DNA of 17,839 bases from Gemmatimonadota bacterium (GTDB taxonomy: Bacteria; Latescibacterota; UBA2968; UBA8231): positions 1-17,839 of the forward strand of contig JAYPJE010000073.1 of assembly GCA_038128265.1 (NCBI GenBank), in the 5' to 3' direction. Position numbers and translations under genes: made by a program. This document shows, one piece after another, positions 7,761 to 16,856 of this stretch (its first letter is position 1; every line of letters starts with the position of its first letter). The notes below the pieces were generated by a model. The model saw only the letters and a list, made by a program, of their open reading frames with translations, made no database searches and had not been told where the DNA came from.

Positions 7761-8702
7761 TCAAGCGCGCTGGCCGATGCGCTCTCCGGCGCGCACGTGC
7801 ACTTCAATACCAGCGGCCGAGTCCTCGAGCAAATCGTCATCGAATGCAACGCTACCGGCGGTAAAGAGCAGTACCAGCGTCGATCCACCAAACTGGAAGT
7901 AGCCCTTTTCCTGACCGCGCTCAACGGGGCCAGGAGCGTAGGTTTGCACGATGCTGGACACGTTGAGCGCACCAACTTCGATGCAGCAGATCTCGCCAAA
8001 ATTGGAGCTGTCGATTGCGGTAGTGGCGCGCTTGTTGAGGGCGAAGACCGTTGGTTTGTGCTCGAGCGCCATTGGGTTTACCGAGTGGTACTGACCGGTT
8101 ATGACATCCGTTGAGTGGGCATTGCCGGCGTCGAAGAAATGGAAGCGATGATAGTCGTAGGGGGCGAGTCGAACGACCAATGCGCTGCCCTCTGCGAAGC
8201 GCGCGGCAGCTCCGTCTCTGGCCAATAGGGTGTCGACCGAAACCCGATGTCCTTTGATCGGTAGGAGTGCATCAGTGCCCAAATGCGGATAGACTAGCAC
8301 CTTGCCGTCGGCCGGAGAGCAGAGGGCTTCTGCTGCGCAGGCAAATGGACGCGCCTCCTTCTTGAGCTGACGCGTGAAGAACTCGTTGAAATTGCGGTAG
8401 GTGCTGGCGGGATATTGCGCCTCGCTCATATCGACGCCATAGCGCTGTACAAAGGAGCGTATATCGCGCCGCGTAAACGACCGCTTTTGCCACCAGCCGC
8501 ACAGGTTGGAAACCAGCGGGTAGTGCGCCAGCAGGCGCAGGCACTGACGGCCGATTAGGGTGCCGTAGAGCCAGCGCACCATACCGGTACCTGGAGCGTG
8601 CTCTGTAACGAGCTGGCCGCTGCGGCGGTCGCGGTAGCGCACGGCGTCGATGGGCGAATCGGCGATGGCCGCTTCGGGAAGATGGTCTGGTGCAGGAGGC
8701 AT
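7761..8702 (-). CDS. psd: Phosphatidylserine decarboxylase proenzyme (GGST type)
   Basis: FNEFFTRQLK, SPADGK, RLAPYDYHRFHF, SVNP, EVGALNVSSI and EKGYFQFGGST (autocleavage Ser). Start uncertain: ATG 8702 or TTG 8711. Confidence 0.93.
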   Translation of the reverse strand: MPPAPDHLPEAAIADSPIDAVRYRDRRSGQLVTEHAPGTGMVRWLYGTLIGRQCLRLLAHYPLVSNLCGWWQKRSFTRRDIRSFVQRYGVDMSEAQYPASTYRNFNEFFTRQLKKEARPFACAAEALCSPADGKVLVYPHLGTDALLPIKGHRVSVDTLLARDGAAARFAEGSALVVRLAPYDYHRFHFFDAGNAHSTDVITGQYHSVNPMALEHKPTVFALNKRATTAIDSSNFGEICCIEVGALNVSSIVQTYAPGPVERGQEKGYFQFGGSTLVLLFTAGSVAFDDDLLEDSAAGIEVHVRAGERIGQRA

Positions 8703-8779
8703 AGGCGGCAAAATAAGGGGGGAAATCCACCCTGCGCAAGCGCGTTAAGCGCCATCTACGCAGGTTGGTTATAGCCCAA

Positions 8780-8808
8780 TTGACAAGGCTGCACGCCCCC
8801 GTGATCTT
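8780..8808 (+). promoter_or_regulatory. Putative sigma70 promoter of hemF
   Basis: Perfect TTGACA (8780-8785), 17-nt spacer, GATCTT (8803-8808), about 40 nt upstream of the start. Confidence 0.5.
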
Positions 8809-8840
8809 TGTCTGCTCAGCAGAGCGTAACGGATGACTAG

Positions 8841-9764
<924 letters not shown>

Positions 9765-9795
9765 AATACACACAACGCCGAGCAGGTGGTGCCCA

Positions 9796-10146
9796 CTAGT
9801 CCAGGAACGCCTGCCACTCGGCTTCTTTAAACCCCACCACGCCACCATGGTCGCTCAGCAAGAACGGCCGCTTGATCAGCTTGCCGTGCTGTGCAAGCAG
9901 CTTGATTGCCTCATCAGCTTTCATAGCGGCCACTTTGTCTTTCAGTCCCAATTCGCGGTACATCTCGCCCGAGGTGTTGAATAGCTTTTTGACCTCGCCC
10001 CCGAGATGGTTGAGCATGCGCTTCAACTCGGTTTGCGAAGGTGGCGTTTCGACGATATTGACGGACTTGTAGGCAAGGTCTTTGGCATCCAAATACTTGA
10101 TTGCTTTGCGGCAAGTAGAGCATTTGGGATAGTAGTAGAGCTTCAT
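9796..10146 (-). CDS. ArsC/Spx-MgsR family thioredoxin-fold protein (YusI/YffB-like), 116 aa
   Basis: YPKCSTCRKA (CxxC), FNTSG..YREL and LIKRP. ATG 10146 has a GGAG RBS and lies 1 nt after the upstream stop. Confidence 0.9.
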   Translation of the reverse strand: MKLYYYPKCSTCRKAIKYLDAKDLAYKSVNIVETPPSQTELKRMLNHLGGEVKKLFNTSGEMYRELGLKDKVAAMKADEAIKLLAQHGKLIKRPFLLSDHGGVVGFKEAEWQAFLD

Positions 10147-10147
10147 T

Positions 10148-11050
10148 TCAGATCTTCTCCAGAGATAGCGTGCACTCGGCGGCCAGTTCGTCGCCGGGTT
10201 GCAGCACAGCGGTTCCACAGGTCGGGTCGCCCTGCGCCAGCAGGTTGATCCCGTTGTTGGCATTGGTCACTGGCTCGACGGCGAAGTAGGGTTTGCCCGC
10301 AGGGTTGTATACGATTAGGTGCTTGCATGCATCGGAAGCATGCAAGCGTAGGCGCACGCCGCTTTCGGGCCATGCAATCGAACCGCCCTGAAAACCGTAG
10401 CAGCAGGTGTCGAGAAAATTGTCCGGCTCTAGCGCGCGGGTTTGGGCAAAGTCCTGATGGGGTGCCAGCGGCTGCAGCGGGCCGGAGGGAATGCGCGTGT
10501 CGTTGGCATCTGGGTAGGCTCCCTCGAGGGGAAAGTGCAGGTGCACCGGTTCGCCGGCGCGAGTCAGCGTGCGGTTGAAGTAGGGGTGCCAGCCAAAGCC
10601 GGCCGGCATGGGCGCATCGCCGACGTTGCGGAGCGATAGGCGCATGGTGAGCTGTGCACCGTCGAGTGCGAAATCGGCCGCAGCGTCAAAGGGCCAGGGC
10701 CAGTTTACGCGCTCGTGTTCGGTGGACGAGAACGCACAGCGCAGCTGAGTGGCACGCTGCTCAGTAATTTTCCACGGGCGGCTGCGCACATCGCCGTGGA
10801 TAGCGTGCTGCGTGCCGTTTTCTAGTTGGTAGTGCTGCTGACCAAAGGCGAATGCCCCGTTTTCGATGCGATTGGAATAGGGCACCATTAGAAAGTTGGC
10901 GCAGGAAAGGTCGCAGTCTTCGCGCTGGGTGTCGGGCATCAATGGCAGCCAGCGGTTTCCGCTGTGCCCGTAAAGGGACAGGGTGCCGGCACCGTGCTGC
11001 GGATTGATGAGGAGGCGCAGGTCTTTGTTTTCCAATAATACGGTCGACAT
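10148..11050 (-). CDS. Aldose 1-epimerase (mutarotase) family protein, YphB-like, 300 aa
   Basis: PYSNRI, AIHGD, FGWHPYF and FAVEPVT. GGAG lies 4 nt before ATG 11050. Confidence 0.9.
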   Translation of the reverse strand: MSTVLLENKDLRLLINPQHGAGTLSLYGHSGNRWLPLMPDTQREDCDLSCANFLMVPYSNRIENGAFAFGQQHYQLENGTQHAIHGDVRSRPWKITEQRATQLRCAFSSTEHERVNWPWPFDAAADFALDGAQLTMRLSLRNVGDAPMPAGFGWHPYFNRTLTRAGEPVHLHFPLEGAYPDANDTRIPSGPLQPLAPHQDFAQTRALEPDNFLDTCCYGFQGGSIAWPESGVRLRLHASDACKHLIVYNPAGKPYFAVEPVTNANNGINLLAQGDPTCGTAVLQPGDELAAECTLSLEKI

Positions 11051-11066
11051 AGTTCTCCGCTTTGGT

Positions 11067-11094
11067 AAAAAACGGCGCACGCCGCTGCGCCGTT
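11067..11094 (-). terminator. Intrinsic terminator after the Nudix gene
   Basis: The minus strand reads AACGGCGCA-GCGGCG-TGCGCCGTT then TTTT: a perfect 9-bp stem ending in a run of 6 U, starting within the TAA stop. Confidence 0.7.
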
Positions 11095-11620
11095 AAATAA
11101 ACAGGCTGTCGTCCGACGCGTAAAATAGTTTTTCGACGTCGTTCTCGTCGAGTTCACCCGCCTGAAATTTGCGGCGCACGTCTGCAAAGGACCAGCTCGG
11201 GTCAAAGGGCCAGGGCGTGCGCTGTGTGCGGGTCAGGCCCATGGCGCCGGAAACGGCATCGCGGATGCGCTCCCTGTGCCAGCCAACTAGGGGCTGGGGC
11301 AAGTCGTTGGGATCGAACAGGCCAATGGCTGATACTTCCTCGCTCTCGCCGATAAACTGTCCGCTGGTTGGTTGGGCGACGTAGAGTGCATCGGTATCGC
11401 CACCCTCGCACCAGTCGGGCCGCGAGTAGAAGCCGACTAGGCGGGATAGGGCGACGACTAGGCCCGTTTCTTCGCGCGCTTCGCGCATGGCGGCCTGAGC
11501 GAGCGATTCGCCGGCATCTACCGTGCCGCCGGGGAGCGCCCACACGCGGAAATCACGCCGCAGGATTAGCAACACGCGCCGGTCGATTAGGATGGCTAGC
11601 TCGACGCCTAGGCTCGCCAT
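11093..11620 (-). CDS. Nudix hydrolase, 175 aa
   Basis: Nudix box WALPGGTVDAGESLAQAAMREAREETG. Start reassigned to ATG 11620, 1 nt after the cupin TGA. Confidence 0.9.
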   Translation of the reverse strand: MASLGVELAILIDRRVLLILRRDFRVWALPGGTVDAGESLAQAAMREAREETGLVVALSRLVGFYSRPDWCEGGDTDALYVAQPTSGQFIGESEEVSAIGLFDPNDLPQPLVGWHRERIRDAVSGAMGLTRTQRTPWPFDPSWSFADVRRKFQAGELDENDVEKLFYASDDSLFI

Positions 11621-11621
11621 A

Positions 11622-11984
11622 TCAGCCGATGGAGAACACGATAACGCGCAGGTCTTCGTCGCCGTCGTTGACCAATCCGTGCACTCCTCCCGGATAGACG
11701 GCGGTGATATCGCCGGCCGATACGCGATGCTCGACTCCGTCCAAGTGCATTGTGCCGCTGCCGGAGAGAATGTAGTAGTACTCTTCGTCCTCCCGGTGGG
11801 CGTGCACGCCAATGGAGACGCCGGGGGCCAGCACGTCGTCGTGCACAAAGCGGAGGCGGCGCGCGGGCAAATCGCCGGGGGCCAGCACTTCGCACCAATC
11901 GAGCGCGCCCTGACCGTCGTGGCAGTTGGGCAGGGGCTGTTGGCGCATGGTTTGGCGCTTTTTGATTAGGGTAGTATCGCTCAT
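11622..11984 (-). CDS. Cupin domain protein (monocupin, TM1287-like), 120 aa
   Basis: GVHAHREDEEYYYILSGSG and PGGVHGLVN supply 3 His plus Glu metal ligands. N-terminal CHDGQG. Confidence 0.88.
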   Translation of the reverse strand: MSDTTLIKKRQTMRQQPLPNCHDGQGALDWCEVLAPGDLPARRLRFVHDDVLAPGVSIGVHAHREDEEYYYILSGSGTMHLDGVEHRVSAGDITAVYPGGVHGLVNDGDEDLRVIVFSIG

Positions 11985-12091
11985 AGAAATTCCAGTGGGC
12001 AGATTGCGTCCTTATCAACCCCATCGGAGGTCCGGGCAGATGTGTGCGGAGGCCTGTTTGGACGCTTCGTGTGGCTGGCTGGCAAGATGGT

Positions 12092-13510
12092 CTATTCGCC
12101 GCCTTGCGACGGCCAATGCGGATTGGGCTCGGGAATTTTGGCCTCCACAGACTCGCGCCAGGTTACTAGGAGCGAGTGCAGTCGGTTGCGCGTCTCCGGT
12201 TCTCTTTCGGCTAGATCGTCGTCTTCACCTATATCATCGCGCAGGTTGTAGAGTTCCAAGCGGCCGTCTTCAAAAAACTCAATTAGCTTGTAGTCGCCGC
12301 AGCGCACGGACGAACCTGGCGTGCCGCCCTGGTTGCCGTAGTGTGGGTAGTGCCAAAAAATCGCTTCGCGCTCAATCGATGGTGCGCCGCGCAGGAGCGG
12401 TGCAATGCTCGTTCCGTCGCAGTGCTGCTCCGGTAGAGGATCGAGTCCGGCCAGTTCGAGCAGCGTCGGATAGAAGTCGGGGCTGGTAACCGGCACCGAG
12501 CAGGTGCTACCGGCCTCAATCTGCCCCGGCCAGCGCACTAGCAGCGGCTCGCGCGTGCCGCCCTCGTACATCCAACCCTTGCCCTCAGCCAGCGGCGCAT
12601 TGCAGGTGGGCGAGCCTTCCGACGTGGCCAGACCGCCGTTGTCGGAGGTGAAAAAAAGGAGCGTGTCATCCGCTAGACCGTTCTCGTCTAGATAGTCTAA
12701 AATGCGGCCGATGCTTTCGTCGAGGCTCTCAATCATGCCGGCGTACACCGGATCGGACTGCACGAGGCGGCGCTTGACGCGTTGGTCTTTTTTGTGATCG
12801 CAGGGAAAGAATTCGTCTTCGGAAAAAGGTTGCACCGCGTCGAGACCAAGTGCTTTGGCTTTGGCTTCGTACTTGCGGATTTTCTCCTCTTTTGCCTGCA
12901 GTGGCGTATGCACCTGATAGTAGCACAGATTGAGGTAAAAGGGCCGTTCGTCGCGTGCATCGAATAGGTCGATTATTCGATCGGTTAAATAATCCGTTAG
13001 ATAGGTGCCCTCGGGCACGTCGGCCTCTTCCAGCGGCGGAATGGTCCACGGGCTGAAGTAGCCGCCGCGTCCGGGCGAGCCTTGGTGGGCGCCGCCAACG
13101 TTTTTCTCAAAGCCGTGATCTTCGGGGAGGTGGCCCTCGCCGCCCATATGCCACTTGCCCACGTGCCAGGTTTGGTACCCGCCCTCGTGCAGCGCGCGGG
13201 CTAGCGAGTGCTCGGAGGTCGGTAGATTTTTTAGGTAGGGCACGTCGACGACGCGGCCGCGCGCCGGGTGAATATGGCCGTGCACGTCGATCCAATCGGT
13301 TATGCCGACGGTCGCCGGGTACTTGCCGGTGAGGATGCTAGCGCGCGTCGGCGAGCACACGGGGCAGGCGGCGTAGGCATCGGTAAAGCGCATGCCCTCG
13401 CGCGCCAGCCGGTCGATGTTGGGGGTTTCGTAGAACGGGCTGCCGTAGCAGACCAAATCTCTCCACCCCATATCATCGATGAGGATAAAGAGGATGTTGG
13501 GCCGCTTCAT
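12092..13510 (-). CDS. Sulfatase, formylglycine-dependent (S1), Cys-type, 472 aa
   Basis: PNILFILIDDMG, CSPTRASILTG (CxPxR), GKWH, VHTP, SDNG, GKG..YEGG, LYNL..DIGE. No signal peptide is visible. Confidence 0.96.
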   Translation of the reverse strand: MKRPNILFILIDDMGWRDLVCYGSPFYETPNIDRLAREGMRFTDAYAACPVCSPTRASILTGKYPATVGITDWIDVHGHIHPARGRVVDVPYLKNLPTSEHSLARALHEGGYQTWHVGKWHMGGEGHLPEDHGFEKNVGGAHQGSPGRGGYFSPWTIPPLEEADVPEGTYLTDYLTDRIIDLFDARDERPFYLNLCYYQVHTPLQAKEEKIRKYEAKAKALGLDAVQPFSEDEFFPCDHKKDQRVKRRLVQSDPVYAGMIESLDESIGRILDYLDENGLADDTLLFFTSDNGGLATSEGSPTCNAPLAEGKGWMYEGGTREPLLVRWPGQIEAGSTCSVPVTSPDFYPTLLELAGLDPLPEQHCDGTSIAPLLRGAPSIEREAIFWHYPHYGNQGGTPGSSVRCGDYKLIEFFEDGRLELYNLRDDIGEDDDLAEREPETRNRLHSLLVTWRESVEAKIPEPNPHWPSQGGE

Positions 13511-13981
13511 TTAGCCGAGCGCCTGCTCAATCGCGTTGACTAATTCGGGATCGTCCGGCGCGGTGCGCGGCGAAAAGCGGGCGATGGTCTGGCCTTCGCC
13601 GTCGATGAGAAACTTTTCGAAGTTCCAGCTGATGTCGTCGCCGTCGCCGATGAGAAACTGGTACAGCGGATGGCGTCCATCGCCGTTGACCTCAATTTTG
13701 GCAAAGAGGGGGAACTCGACGCCGTAGCGGCTGCTGCAGAATTGCTGAATTTCTTCTTCGCTGCCGGGTTCCTGTGCACCGAACTGGTTGCAGGGAAAGC
13801 CAAGCACAGCCAGACCGCGCTCGGCGTATTGGGTGTGTAACGCCTGTAGCCCTTCATACTGGGGCGTCAGGCCACAGGCGCTGGCGACGTTGACGACGAG
13901 CAGGGTTTTGCCCTTAAACTGGGCGAGCGCGGTATCCTGTCCGGTGATGGATGGGGCGGAAAAATCGTGGGCGCTAGGCAT
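13511..13981 (-). CDS. Glutathione peroxidase family protein (Cys-type, BtuE/BsaA-like), 156 aa
   Basis: NVASACG, GFPCNQFGAQEPG and WNFEKFL. GAGGAG lies 9 nt before ATG 13981. Confidence 0.95.
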   Translation of the reverse strand: MPSAHDFSAPSITGQDTALAQFKGKTLLVVNVASACGLTPQYEGLQALHTQYAERGLAVLGFPCNQFGAQEPGSEEEIQQFCSSRYGVEFPLFAKIEVNGDGRHPLYQFLIGDGDDISWNFEKFLIDGEGQTIARFSPRTAPDDPELVNAIEQALG

Positions 13982-14036
13982 GGGGTACGGCTCCTCGTGG
14001 CAAAGTGCGTGTAGTCTGCGTGCTGCAGTTTTGCAT

Positions 14037-14065
14037 AGGGTAGCGTCCAGCGCCTTTACCGTCAA
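14037..14065 (-). promoter_or_regulatory. Putative sigma70 promoter for the peroxidase-sulfatase unit
   Basis: Minus strand TTGACG (14065-14060), 17-nt spacer, TACCCT (14042-14037). Confidence 0.55.
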
Positions 14066-14110
14066 CTCGCATCAGCTGGCGAAGCGGCCGGTTAAAATCG
14101 CGCAGCGCGT

Positions 14111-14140
14111 TTCGGCGGCCTTTTCGTCGCGTGCTAATAT
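14111..14140 (+). promoter_or_regulatory. Putative extended -10 promoter for the SDR and CinA-like genes
   Basis: TGcTAATAT at 14132-14140 with a weak -35 TTCGGC at 14111-14116. Confidence 0.4.
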
Positions 14141-14190
14141 TGGTATTGTTCTCGGCGTGCCCTGTACTCCAATGTGGCGGAGATGAAAAT

Positions 14191-14970
14191 ATGAGACTGG
14201 AAGGCAGAGTGGCTCTAGTGGCAGGCGGTGCTGGGTCGATGGGCAGCGCCGTAGCGCGGCTGTTCGCACGAGAAGGTGCGGCCATATGCGTGGCAGACCG
14301 CGATATAGAGCGCGCGGAAGGTGTGGCGCACGAAATAGTTGATTCCGGCGGGCGTGCTATTGCCACCGGATTGGACGTGTGCGATGCGGCACAGTGGGAC
14401 AGCGCGGTTGATGCTACGGAGGCAGCGTTTGGCCACCTCGATTTGATGGCCAATCTGTCGGGCAGCAACGTGCGCGTTGGCTTTGACGAGCAGACGGAGG
14501 CGATGTGGCGGAGTATTATCGACGTCAACTTAACGGCCTGCTTTGTCGGCATCAAGGCAGTCGCTCCGGCGATGCGGCGCGCCGGCCGCGGCGCGATGCT
14601 CTTGGTTGGTTCGCTCGCCTCGATTCGCCAGGGCGCTGGTAGCCCGGCCTACGGCGTCAGTAAGGCGGGGCTGGTTGCGCTAACGCGCAGCACGGCGGCC
14701 GCCTATGCCAAGGACAACATTCGCTGCGTGCTGGTGTCGCCGGGGCACGTCGATACCAACTTTATTCGCGGCGATGCCGAGCACAGCCCCAACAGCTGGG
14801 CGACGAGTATTGATAATCCAGACAACTACGAGCGCAGAAGGCAGGCCACGCCGCTGGGGCGTTTGTGTGAGGCGGAGGATATCGCCAAGACCTTCCTATT
14901 TGCCGCTTCGGACGAGGCGTCGATGATTACGGGATCAATGATTACCGTGGACGGCGGCGCCGGCCTGTAG
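14191..14970 (+). CDS. Short-chain dehydrogenase/reductase (classical SDR, probably NAD-preferring), 259 aa
   Basis: AGGAGSMG, acidic residue after beta2 (ADRD), catalytic Ser (GSLAS), YGVSK, PG, TPLGR and VDGG. GGAG RBS before ATG 14191. Confidence 0.93.
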   Translation: MRLEGRVALVAGGAGSMGSAVARLFAREGAAICVADRDIERAEGVAHEIVDSGGRAIATGLDVCDAAQWDSAVDATEAAFGHLDLMANLSGSNVRVGFDEQTEAMWRSIIDVNLTACFVGIKAVAPAMRRAGRGAMLLVGSLASIRQGAGSPAYGVSKAGLVALTRSTAAAYAKDNIRCVLVSPGHVDTNFIRGDAEHSPNSWATSIDNPDNYERRRQATPLGRLCEAEDIAKTFLFAASDEASMITGSMITVDGGAGL

Positions 14971-15014
14971 GACGCGCACGCGTGCATAAGTAGACCACCG
15001 ATTGAGGAGCGCAT

Positions 15015-15824
15015 ATGAACCACTTACCCGCCATAGAACTGTATTCCATCGGCACGGAGCTGCTAAACGGCCAGATTCAGGACAGCAATGCATTTTGGAT
15101 GGCGCAGCAAATCGCTGCACTAGGCGGCTACGTGCGCCGCATCTGCATTCTCGACGACCAGATGGACGAACTGACCAGCGTCTTTGAGAACGCCTGCCAG
15201 CGCGGTGCGAAAATCATCATTACGACCGGCGGCTTGGGGCCGACGCCGGACGATATGACCGTGCAGGCCATCGCGCAGATTAAGGGCGAAGAGATCGTGG
15301 TGGACGAAGCGCTGGTGGAGCGCTTTATGGCCAGCCGCAATATCGAAAAGCGCGAGGATGTCAGCGAAGGATTGTTGAAGATGGCGACGCGCCCGGCTAA
15401 TTCTACGGCCCATCCCAATCCGGCCGGCGTGGCCCCCTGTGTGGAAACGCAGCTAGGCGATACGGTGATTTACAATCTGCCCGGTCCGCCGCGCGAGGTA
15501 GAAGCGCTGTTTCGCGAGGTGCTGGAAGGCCCCATTGCCGCGCTCTACAGCGGCACGCGCGCTGCGCTGCGCGTTGCGGTCAATCTGCCCGAATCGCAGT
15601 GCGGCCCCATCCTACACAGCGTTATGCGCGCGTTGCCCAACACCTATTTAAAGGCCTTTGTCGCACTGAGCGAGCGCACGGCCAGCGGCCAGCGACTGCC
15701 GGTCGATATCGTGGCTTGGGGCAAGGACGAAGGCGAGGCTCAGGCGCTGTTAGATAGTGCGCTACAGGCCTTCACCGAGCAGGCGGCCGAAAAGGGCAGC
15801 GGCGTGGAGCAGATGGAGAGCTGA
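15015..15824 (+). CDS. CinA N-terminal-like (MocF/COG1058 molybdopterin-binding fold) protein, probable nucleotide pyrophosphatase, without PncC domain, 269 aa
   Basis: IGTELLNGQIQDSNA, TTGGLGPTPDDMT, NPAGVAP and LPGPPRE. GAGGAG RBS. Confidence 0.88.
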   Translation: MNHLPAIELYSIGTELLNGQIQDSNAFWMAQQIAALGGYVRRICILDDQMDELTSVFENACQRGAKIIITTGGLGPTPDDMTVQAIAQIKGEEIVVDEALVERFMASRNIEKREDVSEGLLKMATRPANSTAHPNPAGVAPCVETQLGDTVIYNLPGPPREVEALFREVLEGPIAALYSGTRAALRVAVNLPESQCGPILHSVMRALPNTYLKAFVALSERTASGQRLPVDIVAWGKDEGEAQALLDSALQAFTEQAAEKGSGVEQMES

Positions 15825-15894
15825 GCGCGCTGTGCGCCGGTGAGCATAGAAGAGCTGAGTTGGCGGTCGCCCGCGCGTTTGTCCGCCCTTGTAC

Positions 15895-16722
15895 CTACAG
15901 AGTCTGCCGCGCTGCATCTAGCGCGTCAAAGCAAAACTGCGCCGTCGCCCACGCATCATACGCGTCGCGCTTCCAAATCTGCCCGGTGACTTCCGGGCAG
16001 ATATAGCGGTCCCAGCCGGCGGCGCGCACGGCGCGCACGTACTCGCCCATATCCAGTTGGCCATCGCCCGGCAGCAGATAGCGCACGCTGCCCCCCTCAT
16101 CAATGTATCCGTCTTTGATATGGTTGTGCGCCGCGTAGGGTAGGTTGAGCGCAATGCAGTGCTCCAGGTCCATTCCTTCAACCCAGAAGTGGCTGTAGTC
16201 GAAGTTGAGTTTGAGGTATGGGTGGTCTGTTTGCTGCATGAGCCAGACGGCTTTTTCCGGCGTTTCGAAATCGCCGCCGGCGTGCGGCTCAATGGCCAGA
16301 ATAACGTCGCGCTGTGCGGCCATATCGGCCACCTCACTGACCAGCGGCACAATGGCATCGCGCTCCGTGTCCCAGGCCGGTTTCGGATGGCCGAGAGTAG
16401 TGGTGACTACGGCCGGTTCGTCGCTGACGCGCAGCTGCTGGGCCATATCGAATGTAGCGGCAAATTGGGCCAGCATCGCCGGTCGGGTCTCGCCCGGTAC
16501 GCAGGGCGATAGCAGCGCCATAAGCGGTGGCGTGGGAAAGTCGAGTTCGCGCAGCAGGGTGGCTAGGCGCGTGCGCTGTGTGTCGTCAAAGTGCATTGGG
16601 TCGGTGGCCCAGCCGGGCGTTACGGCGATTTCCATGCCCTCGTAGCCCATGTCGCGCAGGCGGGGCAGCGCGGCAAAGACGTCCTCCCCTTGCATGCCAT
16701 AGGTGCTGTAGTAGAGTTTCAT
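15895..16722 (-). CDS. Sugar phosphate isomerase/epimerase family (xylose-isomerase-like TIM barrel), 275 aa
   Basis: GYEGMEI and metal-ligand motifs IEPH, NFDYSH, HIKD, PGDG.LD and CPE. Confidence 0.9.
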   Translation of the reverse strand: MKLYYSTYGMQGEDVFAALPRLRDMGYEGMEIAVTPGWATDPMHFDDTQRTRLATLLRELDFPTPPLMALLSPCVPGETRPAMLAQFAATFDMAQQLRVSDEPAVVTTTLGHPKPAWDTERDAIVPLVSEVADMAAQRDVILAIEPHAGGDFETPEKAVWLMQQTDHPYLKLNFDYSHFWVEGMDLEHCIALNLPYAAHNHIKDGYIDEGGSVRYLLPGDGQLDMGEYVRAVRAAGWDRYICPEVTGQIWKRDAYDAWATAQFCFDALDAARQTL

Positions 16723-16754
16723 ATAGGCTTTCCTGTGGATGGTTTATGCGGGAC

Positions 16755-16782
16755 AAGATAGGCTGTTGCAATACGACCGCAA
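16755..16782 (-). promoter_or_regulatory. Putative sigma70 promoter of the isomerase gene
   Basis: Minus strand TTGCGG, 16-nt spacer, TATCTT. It sits just downstream of a terminator and upstream of an AGGA RBS. Confidence 0.4.
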
Positions 16783-16795
16783 AGAGCTACGCATA

Positions 16796-16834
16796 AGAAA
16801 ACGCCCCGACCGGACACGAGCCGATCGGGGCGTT
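16796..16834 (-). terminator. Intrinsic terminator after uxuA
   Basis: The minus strand reads AACGCCCCGATCGG, 7-nt loop, CCGGTCGGGGCGTT, then TTCTT: a 14-bp stem with one G-U pair, 22 nt after the stop. Confidence 0.8.
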
Positions 16835-16856
16835 GCCACGTCAATTATAGGGCCGT

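Noticed and set aside
10132..10146. The ArsC-like and isomerase (16722) genes both start MKLYY with near-identical DNA
   Set aside because: The similarity is limited to 15 nt of a common N-terminal beta-strand start, so it is probably coincidence.
9796..10146. Arsenic-resistance locus
   Set aside because: No arsR, arsB or acr3 nearby. The protein is of the CxxC Spx/YusI-like type, which is not diagnostic of arsenate reduction.
11985..12091. Short repeats (GGGCAGAT x2, CGGAGG x2) in the sulfatase-cupin spacer, considered as a riboswitch or operator
   Set aside because: Irregular spacing, no recognisable riboswitch consensus and no strong stem.
13876..13878. Possible selenocysteine in the glutathione peroxidase active site
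   Set aside because: NVASACG uses a TGT Cys codon and the ORF has no in-frame TGA.
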